A DNA stretch of 64,000 nucleotides, taken from an uncultured Hyphomicrobiales bacterium (GTDB lineage: Bacteria > Pseudomonadota > Alphaproteobacteria > Rhizobiales > Xanthobacteraceae). A program made the translations under genes and the position numbers. This document shows, in pieces, positions 57,253-64,000 of the stretch (its first letter is position 1; each line of letters opens with the position of its first letter). The stretch covers positions 12,245 through 76,244 of the forward strand of contig CAZSAW010000080.1 in the NCBI GenBank assembly GCA_964604745.1, read 5' to 3'. The notes under the pieces are model-generated. The model made no database searches, was not told where the DNA came from, and saw only the letters and a list, made by a program, of their open reading frames with translations.

Positions 57253-57288
57253 GCCCCGGACCGCATGCGGTTCCGGGGCTTTTGTTTT
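57253..57288 (+). terminator. Rho-independent terminator after the phasins
   Basis: GCCCCGGA-CCGC-at-GCGG-t-TCCGGGGC followed by TTTTGTTTT. Confidence 0.82.
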
Positions 57289-57413
57289 GCCGCGCCGGCG
57301 AAGTTGCAGAGGCTGCGCTGCGTGCCCGTCTCGCGCGCGGAATGGCATTTTCCGCGCGACATGCTTCACATTGCGGCCGAAAATGCGCTAGGTTCCGCGC
57401 CTTCCCGCCTTGT

Positions 57414-57490
57414 GCAGCTGTAGCTCAGTTGGTTAGAGCGCCTGACTGTGGATCAGGAGGTCGGTGGTTCAAGTCCACCCAGCTGTACCA
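57414..57490 (+). tRNA. tRNA-His (GTG)
   Basis: Acceptor GCAGCTG/CAGCTGT, D-arm AGCTCAGTTGGTTAGAGC, anticodon arm CCTGA-CTGTGGA-TCAGG, T-arm GGTTCAAGTCC, encoded ACCA. Confidence 0.97.
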
Positions 57491-57768
57491 TCCATTGGGA
57501 TTCCAGCATCGAGGGCCTGGCTTTCGCCGTCGTTGTTGACCGGCGCAGCGTGAAAGCTCTCACGCGCAAAAACGATCTCCTGCGCGCCGTGCCGGTCAAG
57601 CGTCTCGCATTATCCGCAAGCGTGCACGCGCGCCGAAAGCCGGATCACCGACAGTTTGGCGGTGCGGTATAGCTGAACGCCGTCCTCTCGTCCGGTGCAG
57701 AAGGCATTGCTATCGGAACGCGGATACCTCTGCCAAACTGGCCGAGGTCTGGGGCGGCAAAATTCCGT

Positions 57769-59976
57769 ATGAACAGCGTCACGGCGATATTCGGCGAGGC
57801 GATCGCGGCATTGAACGCCCGCGACGTCAGGGCGGCGGAAACGAAATTGCGGCAGGTCGTTGACGCGGACGCTTCGCACGTCCCTGCGCTCAATCTTCTG
57901 ACCGTCGTGCTGATGAGCACGGGCCGCTTTGCCGAGGCCGAGCCATTCATTGCGCGCGCGGTGGCGCTCAATGCATCCTCCGACGTCTCTTTCTACAATT
58001 ACGGGCTTATCGCCAAGCAGTTGAACAAGGCGCGGGAGGCGCATGCGCATTTCAGTAAGGCGCTGGCGATCAACCCCAATGCGGCGGAAACCTGGAATGC
58101 GCGCGGCGCCGCATCGAACGACCTGCAGAACCATGTATCGGCCATCGCCGATTTCGACGGCGCAATCAGACGCAACCCGAACTATGCCGAAGCTTATGCC
58201 AACAAGGGAAAGTCCCTTCTTCTGCTCAAGCGCCGTGGCGAGGCCCTCGCGGCCTACGACAAGGCGTTGCTGATCAAACCGCTGCTGGCGGAAGCCCTGG
58301 TCGGGCGCGGCAATGTCCTTTGCGACGTCAAGCGCTACGATGAAGCGCTCGCTGCCTACGACAAGGCATTGTCGATCAGACCCGATTTCGAGGCCGCGTG
58401 GCTCGGCCGCGGCAACGCCCTGAATGATCTCAAGCGCTACGATGCGGCCCTCGCCGCCTATGACAAGGCACTCTCGATCAGGCCCGATCTTGCCGAGGCG
58501 TGGCTCGGCCGCGGCAACCTGTTCGCGAGAACGAAGCGCAGCGATGACGCGGTCGCGGCCTACGCGAAGGTCAAGGCGCTGAAGCCCGATCTCGATTTCA
58601 TCAAGGGCCAATTCATTCACCAGAAAATGTTTGCCTGCGACTGGTCCGGTCTTGACCACGACGTCACGGAGATCGAAGCCGACATTCACGCCGGCAGACG
58701 AGCGATCGATCCGTTCGCATGGCAAGGCCTTTCAACGTCGGAAGAAAGCCTGCAGCTCTGCGCGCGGATCTGGAACGAAGCGCGCTACCCGCGGCCGGCG
58801 CCGCTTCCTTCTCGGCAGGGCGAAACGCAGGCGCGCGGCGCCGGTAAGATCCGCATCGGCTACGTCTCGGGTGAATTTCGCGAGCAGGCAACCTCGCATC
58901 TGATTGTCGGTTTGTTCGAAGCGCACGACAAGGCGCGGTTCGATGTTGTCGCCTTCGACAATGGCTTCGACGATGCAAGTCCGATGCGCGGCCGCATCGA
59001 GAGCGCCATGGACCGCGTTGTCAGCATCCGCGATCTCGATGACGCGGAAGCAGCTAAAGCCATCTATAACGAAAGGATCGATATCCTTGTCAATCTCAAT
59101 GGCTATTTCGGCGCGGAACGCACCGGCGTTTTCGCATACCGTCCGGCGCCGGTGCAGGTGAATTATCTTGGTTTTCCGGGAACGCTGGGCGCGCCATACA
59201 TCGATTATATCGTTGCCGACCGCTGCGTGCTGCCACCCGAGCATCGCGCCTTCTATGATGAGAAGGTCGTGTATCTGCCTCACAGCTATCAGGCCAACGA
59301 TCGGAAGAAGGCCATCAGCGCGCGCGTCTTTTCGCGCGCCGAACTGGACCTGCCCGCTCAGGGCGCGGTGTTCTGCTGCTTCAACAACAGCTACAAGATC
59401 GCGCCGTCGACGTTCGCGTCGTGGATCGCGATCCTCCAGCGTGTCGACGCGAGCGTCCTGTGGCTCCTTGAGGACAACGATTCGGAAGTCAGGAATTTGC
59501 GGAATGCCGCGAGCCAGGCAAATGTCGACCCTTCCCGCCTGATCTTCGCGCCGCGCATGCCGCTGGCCGATCATCTGGCGCGCCATCGCGCGGCCGACGT
59601 TTTTCTCGATACGCTGCCTTATAATGCGCACACGACGGCAAGCGATGCGTTGTGGGCGGGATTGCCGCTCGTGACGCAGATCGGCTCGACCTTTGCCGGA
59701 CGCGTTGCGGCGAGTCTTCTCAACGCGATCGGATTGCCCGAATTGATTACGCATTCGCACGAAGACTATGAAGCGCTCGCGATCGAACTCGCATTGGATA
59801 AGGAGAAGCGGCTGGACATCAGCGCCAGGCTCGACCGCAACAGGCTCATAATGCCCGCGTTCGATACCGCCCTGTTTGCGCGGCATATGGAGGCCGCCTA
59901 TGCCGCGATGTATCGCAGACACCGCGAAGGGCTGCCGCCGGATCATCTCGCGGTCGATCCGGTGATGAGCCATTAA
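57769..59976 (+). CDS. TPR-repeat O-GlcNAc-transferase/SPINDLY-like glycosyltransferase (GT41)
   Basis: Multiple TPRs; 'RIGYVS', 'VNLNGY', 'APVQVNYLGFPGT', 'CFNNSYK', 'DTLPYNAHTTASDALWAG', 'GRVAASLL'. Confidence 0.92.
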   Translation: MNSVTAIFGEAIAALNARDVRAAETKLRQVVDADASHVPALNLLTVVLMSTGRFAEAEPFIARAVALNASSDVSFYNYGLIAKQLNKAREAHAHFSKALAINPNAAETWNARGAASNDLQNHVSAIADFDGAIRRNPNYAEAYANKGKSLLLLKRRGEALAAYDKALLIKPLLAEALVGRGNVLCDVKRYDEALAAYDKALSIRPDFEAAWLGRGNALNDLKRYDAALAAYDKALSIRPDLAEAWLGRGNLFARTKRSDDAVAAYAKVKALKPDLDFIKGQFIHQKMFACDWSGLDHDVTEIEADIHAGRRAIDPFAWQGLSTSEESLQLCARIWNEARYPRPAPLPSRQGETQARGAGKIRIGYVSGEFREQATSHLIVGLFEAHDKARFDVVAFDNGFDDASPMRGRIESAMDRVVSIRDLDDAEAAKAIYNERIDILVNLNGYFGAERTGVFAYRPAPVQVNYLGFPGTLGAPYIDYIVADRCVLPPEHRAFYDEKVVYLPHSYQANDRKKAISARVFSRAELDLPAQGAVFCCFNNSYKIAPSTFASWIAILQRVDASVLWLLEDNDSEVRNLRNAASQANVDPSRLIFAPRMPLADHLARHRAADVFLDTLPYNAHTTASDALWAGLPLVTQIGSTFAGRVAASLLNAIGLPELITHSHEDYEALAIELALDKEKRLDISARLDRNRLIMPAFDTALFARHMEAAYAAMYRRHREGLPPDHLAVDPVMSH
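58252..58557 (+). repeat. 102-bp tandem repeat units encoding TPRs
   Basis: GCCTA(C/T)GACAAGGC starts at 58252, 58354 and 58456, an exact 102-bp (34 aa) period. Confidence 0.8.
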
Positions 59977-60087
59977 CATAAGCGCAAATTTGGATGCGAC
60001 TTCGCGCTCTGCATTCCACCGTAGTGTAACGGTGTTTGAACGTTTCCTTGCTAGCACCTCTGCGAACGCACAACCACCGAGGGCAGC

Positions 60088-61287
60088 ATGTTCAATTGCA
60101 AACGCTCGCTTCACATTCTGTTGACCATGGTGCTTTGCGCCATCGTCAGCATGGCGGTTTTGTCGGCGGCGAGCGCCGGCAATCGCGACGCCGAATTCGG
60201 CGTCAACCCCACGCTTCACAACGGCAAGCGTTGGCGCATCGCCTATTATGAAGGCGGCCAATATGCCGACTATGAAGTGATCCTGAAGCAGACCGTGCGC
60301 GGGCTGATCAAACTCGGCTGGATGGAACCGCTGGACATGCCGGCGGAAAACAACAAGGAGCCGGGCGCGTTCTGGCGCTATCTCTCCAGCGCGACCAAGA
60401 GCCAGTACATCGAATTCGTGCCGGACGGCTATTATTCGGCGGGGAATTTCGACCCCGCGAAGCGTCCCGTGGTCAAGGAAGAGCTGATCGATCGTCTTGC
60501 CAACCGCAAGGACATCGACCTCATTATCGCCATGGGCACGTGGGCCGGCCAGGATTTGGCGAACGACCGTCATTCCGTGCCGGTGATTGTCGAATCGACG
60601 AGCGATCCGATCGGCTCAGGCATCATCAAGAGCGCGCTCGACAGCGGCCTCGATCATGTCCATGCCAAGGTGGAGCCCGGCCGCTACCAGCGCCAGGTCG
60701 AGCTGTTCCACAACATCTTCCACTTCAAGAAGCTCGGCATCGTTTACGAGGACACGCGCGAAGGCCGTACCTTCGGCGGCGTCGACGCGGTCGAGGAGAT
60801 CGCCAAGGAGCGCGGCTTTGACATCGTGCGCTGCCAGGCGCTGTTCAACGGCGTGTCTAAAGAGCAGGCCGAGGAGGGCGCGATCCGCTGCTACGAGCAG
60901 GTCAGCAAGGACAGCGATGCGATCTACGTGACCGTGCATCGCGGCGTGACGCTCGCCAACATGTCGCGCATTATGGCGCCGGTGATCGAGCGCAAGATCC
61001 CGAGCTTCTCCATGCTGGGCTCGAACGAGGTCAAGTACGGCGTGCTGATGAGCGTCGCGCAGGGCAATTTCAGCTATGTCGGCCAGTTCCATGCCGAAAC
61101 GATCGCGCGCGTCTTCAACGGCGCCAAGCCGCGCGACCTGGAGCAACGCTGGAGCACGCCGCCGAAGATCGCGATCAACCTCGACACCGCGCGCAAGATC
61201 GGCTTTGAGCCGCCAGTCGACCTGATGCTCTCGGCCGACGAGGTTTACGAAGAGACCGTCGGTGGAGCCGCGCCGAAGGTCAACTGA
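60088..61287 (+). CDS. ABC_sub_bind-type periplasmic substrate-binding protein (no cognate transporter in window)
   Basis: Signal peptide; 'RIAYYEGG', 'DLIIAMGTWAG', 'STSDP...GII', 'GVLMS', 'ETIARVFNGAKP..L', 'INL.TA..IG'. Confidence 0.8.
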   Translation: MFNCKRSLHILLTMVLCAIVSMAVLSAASAGNRDAEFGVNPTLHNGKRWRIAYYEGGQYADYEVILKQTVRGLIKLGWMEPLDMPAENNKEPGAFWRYLSSATKSQYIEFVPDGYYSAGNFDPAKRPVVKEELIDRLANRKDIDLIIAMGTWAGQDLANDRHSVPVIVESTSDPIGSGIIKSALDSGLDHVHAKVEPGRYQRQVELFHNIFHFKKLGIVYEDTREGRTFGGVDAVEEIAKERGFDIVRCQALFNGVSKEQAEEGAIRCYEQVSKDSDAIYVTVHRGVTLANMSRIMAPVIERKIPSFSMLGSNEVKYGVLMSVAQGNFSYVGQFHAETIARVFNGAKPRDLEQRWSTPPKIAINLDTARKIGFEPPVDLMLSADEVYEETVGGAAPKVN

Positions 61288-62846
61288 CGCGGCGCAAGGC
61301 TCGCCTCGACCAGATCGAGCTCTGGCAGCACCAGTTGCCGCTGCGGGAGCTCGATCGACCGGCGCTGTGCGAGTTGCCCCATGGTATGGATCCGGGGGTT
61401 GTCCCACAGCGCGATCGCGCGATCCGCGCCCGTCATCTGCGTGTCGCAGACATGGCGCGGGTAGGCGAGCATCCAGCGTTCTTCCGGCGCCAGCCCTTCC
61501 TCCGCGAGATTGAGCACCCAGCGGCAGAAATCGACGAGCTTCAGGCCGTTGACTTCGGCGCCGAGTGCGGAGCGGATCGCGGCGCCGCGCAGGTCGCGGA
61601 ACAGCTTCCAGTCCCACTGATTGATGAATTCCTCGGCCTTGGCGAGATTGCGCAAAAGGCCGGCCTGCATCGCGCTCGCGGAAATGACGCAGGAGGCGGC
61701 GATGTCGTCGCCGTATTCGTCGAACAGCGCGGCATCGGGGAAGTTGGCGCCCGCGGCGCGGCCCTCGATGTAGCAATGGCTGCAATGCGCGGCGAACAGC
61801 GCCTCAAGCCCGCCAGGCTGCTGCCAGGCATCGTGGAAGGCTTCGAGACTCGGGGCCACGTCGAAGCCGAAGCGGATGCGCGCGTCGATGAATTGCGAGA
61901 ATTGCAGATATTCGAGATGCCGCAGCGAAGGCTCGATCGTCACGTGCTGGCCCGTGATGAGGCAGCGGCCGGGCCAAGACGATGCGCGGAGGAATGCGAG
62001 CAGGTTCGGGTCGCCTTCCGCCTGAACAGCTGTGGCGCAGGTCTTGTATTCGCTCGATGCCATCAACGGGATGGTCTGCATCGCCGTTCCGTCGCCGAAC
62101 ATCCAGTCGAAATAGTCGCGCAGATCGCGGAACGCGCGCTCCGGCATCACGTGCAGCTTGCGGTCGCCATTGAAGAACGAGGTGGCGAACATACGCGGCC
62201 AGATGGTCAGCCGGTTTTCTTTCAGGCCGGTCAGACGGCCGGCTTCGAACGGGCTGTTGGCGAATAGCGCGATGAAGGCCGGCGCAAGCGCGAGGCTGAC
62301 GTTGAGCGCCGACACCGCATTGGCGAAGTCGACCGCGGTGGTCGGCCCGTTCTGCGCCTTCGCATCGACGCCGACGGAGTGATTCCAGCCGCGCTTGAGC
62401 ACCCAATAATCGTAGATCGGCTTCGGCGCTCGCACGAAGGTGTAATAGAGCGGGTCGATCGCGACGTTCGGATGCTCGGAAAAGTTCAGGATCGTCGCGC
62501 CTTCGGCCGCGAGCGCATCGCTGACGTCGGCGAGTTCTTGGTTAACGAGCACATTCAACCGGTCGAGCCCGCCTGGACCGCCACCGACAGGTCCAATGGC
62601 CGTCTCCAGATTGTTAAATGCGTTGTCGATCGAGGAATACATCAGCGGTGCGATAACACCGATCTCGCGCCCGGCCTGCGATTTCAAAACCGCTTCCGTG
62701 CCGCGCCGCTGCTTGATGTCGCGCAGGGCCGAAAAGAACGGCCCGACCGAGTGCGAACGCCCCTGCCGATCGGCCACGGGCATTTCCAGCTCGAGCCCGA
62801 GCTTTTCTTCAGAACTGTCAAAGATTTCCGCCGCAAAACTTGCCAT
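61245..62846 (-). CDS. Glutamate-cysteine ligase (GCS2)-family ligase, divergent
   Basis: 'KLGLELEM', 'NNLETA', 'AQNG', 'IALFANSPF', 'YIEGR'; the 3' end overlaps the convergent SBP by 43 nt. Confidence 0.7.
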   Translation of the reverse strand: MASFAAEIFDSSEEKLGLELEMPVADRQGRSHSVGPFFSALRDIKQRRGTEAVLKSQAGREIGVIAPLMYSSIDNAFNNLETAIGPVGGGPGGLDRLNVLVNQELADVSDALAAEGATILNFSEHPNVAIDPLYYTFVRAPKPIYDYWVLKRGWNHSVGVDAKAQNGPTTAVDFANAVSALNVSLALAPAFIALFANSPFEAGRLTGLKENRLTIWPRMFATSFFNGDRKLHVMPERAFRDLRDYFDWMFGDGTAMQTIPLMASSEYKTCATAVQAEGDPNLLAFLRASSWPGRCLITGQHVTIEPSLRHLEYLQFSQFIDARIRFGFDVAPSLEAFHDAWQQPGGLEALFAAHCSHCYIEGRAAGANFPDAALFDEYGDDIAASCVISASAMQAGLLRNLAKAEEFINQWDWKLFRDLRGAAIRSALGAEVNGLKLVDFCRWVLNLAEEGLAPEERWMLAYPRHVCDTQMTGADRAIALWDNPRIHTMGQLAQRRSIELPQRQLVLPELDLVEASLAPRQLTFGAAPPTVSS

Positions 62847-62883
62847 TGGTGCTGGCCGCCTTTCCAATCACCAATTCTTAAGA

Positions 62884-62899
62884 TTAATCTTTTCTTAAC
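62884..62899. promoter_or_regulatory. Consensus CtrA box
   Basis: TTAA-TCTTTTC-TTAAC, an exact TTAA-N7-TTAAC, in an AT-rich divergent intergenic region. Confidence 0.7.
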
Positions 62900-63150
62900 G
62901 AAATTGCAGAGCGGTGAGAAGCGTTGTCAGCGTTCCGGTAAGGATTCGTTAGTAATGTGGTAAATATCGCGAGGTTGACGCGGCGTGCGACGCCATCGGT
63001 CTCAACCAGACGCACTCAATTCGATCGGATTGTTTTAGAAGCTGTGCACCAATCCGGGCAAAAAGCCCGTGATGACGGGCGCATCATCACTCTTCGCACA
63101 CGCGCACCGGGTTAGATCGCGCTTCGAAAATTGCAGCGCGGTAGCGACTG

Positions 63151-64000
63151 ATGAGTAGTGGTTTGTTTCGGCACATCCGTAACGGCGGGACACGGCTCCG
63201 GCTGTTCGCGCTGTTTACCTTGCCGGTCCTGGCCATTGCCGCGACTCGCGCCATGGAATTGCGCGTCGAGCACCAGCAACGGCTGGTTGCCGCAAACGAT
63301 CAGGCGCTCACGCTTGCGCGCCGCGGGATCGAGCTGCAGCAGGACCTTGTGTCCGAAACGCGCAGCCTGCTGAAGGTCCTGTCGCATATTCCCGACATCG
63401 TTCAGGGCGTGCCGTCCACCTGCAGCGCCCTGCTCACCGAAACCATGCGCGAAAAGCCGTGGCTCAAGGGTCTTTGGGTGATCCAGCCCGACGGCCGCGT
63501 CGTCTGTTCGACCGTGCCGGGAGGCCTGAGCCTCGACTTCTCCGGCAAGCATTATTTCCGCAGTGCAATCGAGGCGAAGACCTTCGTCGTCGAGCACTAC
63601 GCCATCGGCAGCTTCAAGGGATTGCCTGCCGCGATCGGCGCGCTGCCGATCGTCGACGCCAACGGTGACGTCAGAAAAGTCGTCATGGCGAGCTTCGACC
63701 TCAACTGGCTGTCGACCGTCGCCGACGAGGTCACGCGCAGCGCCGGAGCGAGCTTCACCCTGATCGACGACAAGGGCGCCATCGTCGTGCGTCATCCCGA
63801 CCTCGACAACATGGTCGGACAGAACGTCGCCAACAGCCCGCTCATGAAGGCGATGGGCTCCTCGGCCCAGGGCCAGTTCGAGATGGCCGATCTCGACGGC
63901 ACGGTGCGCGTCTTCGGCTTCGGCCGCCTGCAGGGCACGGATTCACGGCTGCTGATCGGATTGTCGCGCGACGAAGTTCTCGCGGTGATCAACCGCCAGA
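63151..64000 (+). CDS. Membrane sensor with dCache domain (partial, runs off the window; not in ORF track)
   Basis: Open frame from ATG 63151 to the window end: TM, 'TCSALL', 'DGRVVCST', 'DFSGKHYF', 'ALPIVD', 'LIDDKG.IVVRHP', 'DG.VRVFG'. Confidence 0.85.
   Translation, partial: MSSGLFRHIRNGGTRLRLFALFTLPVLAIAATRAMELRVEHQQRLVAANDQALTLARRGIELQQDLVSETRSLLKVLSHIPDIVQGVPSTCSALLTETMREKPWLKGLWVIQPDGRVVCSTVPGGLSLDFSGKHYFRSAIEAKTFVVEHYAIGSFKGLPAAIGALPIVDANGDVRKVVMASFDLNWLSTVADEVTRSAGASFTLIDDKGAIVVRHPDLDNMVGQNVANSPLMKAMGSSAQGQFEMADLDGTVRVFGFGRLQGTDSRLLIGLSRDEVLAVINRQ

Noticed and set aside
58252-58557. Regularly spaced direct repeats as a CRISPR array
   Set aside because: In-frame 102-bp TPR-coding units inside a CDS; no unique spacers or cas genes.
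57490-64000. Possible genomic island integrated at tRNA-His
   Set aside because: No integrase and no duplicated tRNA 3' end visible in the window; cannot be excluded beyond the edge.

Overview
This is a high-GC alphaproteobacterial chromosomal segment, most likely Hyphomicrobiales/Rhizobiales (Xanthobacteraceae/Nitrobacteraceae-like). The taxonomic call rests on a tRNA-His lacking G-1, CtrA-type boxes, a PdhS/CbrA-like kinase beside phasins, and a matPQMAB-type operon. From left to right: a TRAP transporter plus an AtuA-family pair; small membrane ORFs divergent from a complete kdp operon (extra peptide, kdpFABCDE); a roughly 11 kb convergent locus (14027-24900); ltrA; an acyltransferase-3 with a DevBCA/MacAB-like ABC exporter; DUF2147; a D-threonine-aldolase-family enzyme divergent from a TRAP operon; unknown membrane ORFs; an ActP-like symporter with DUF4212 and an exonuclease-CBS-DUF294 fusion; a CoA-transferase III; a malonate TRAP-matA-matB operon; an S9 peptidase; DUF1194; a PdhS-like kinase; two phasins; tRNA-His; a TPR-GT41 glycosyltransferase; a substrate-binding protein; a divergent glutamate-cysteine-ligase-family enzyme; and a partial dCache sensor. 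The best candidate for an undescribed system is the 14027-24900 locus. It looks like a synthase-dependent exopolysaccharide/glycan system: a processive GT2 synthase with a degenerate MshEN-like N-terminus, a BcsB-like co-polymerase, a GT-C-like membrane protein, an outer-membrane barrel and a secreted GH113-like hydrolase. It carries its own PAS-kinase / REC-Hpt / Hpt / REC-degenerate-GGDEF phosphorelay. No mobile elements, rRNA or CRISPR arrays were seen. All family assignments come from motif recognition by eye, not database searches.
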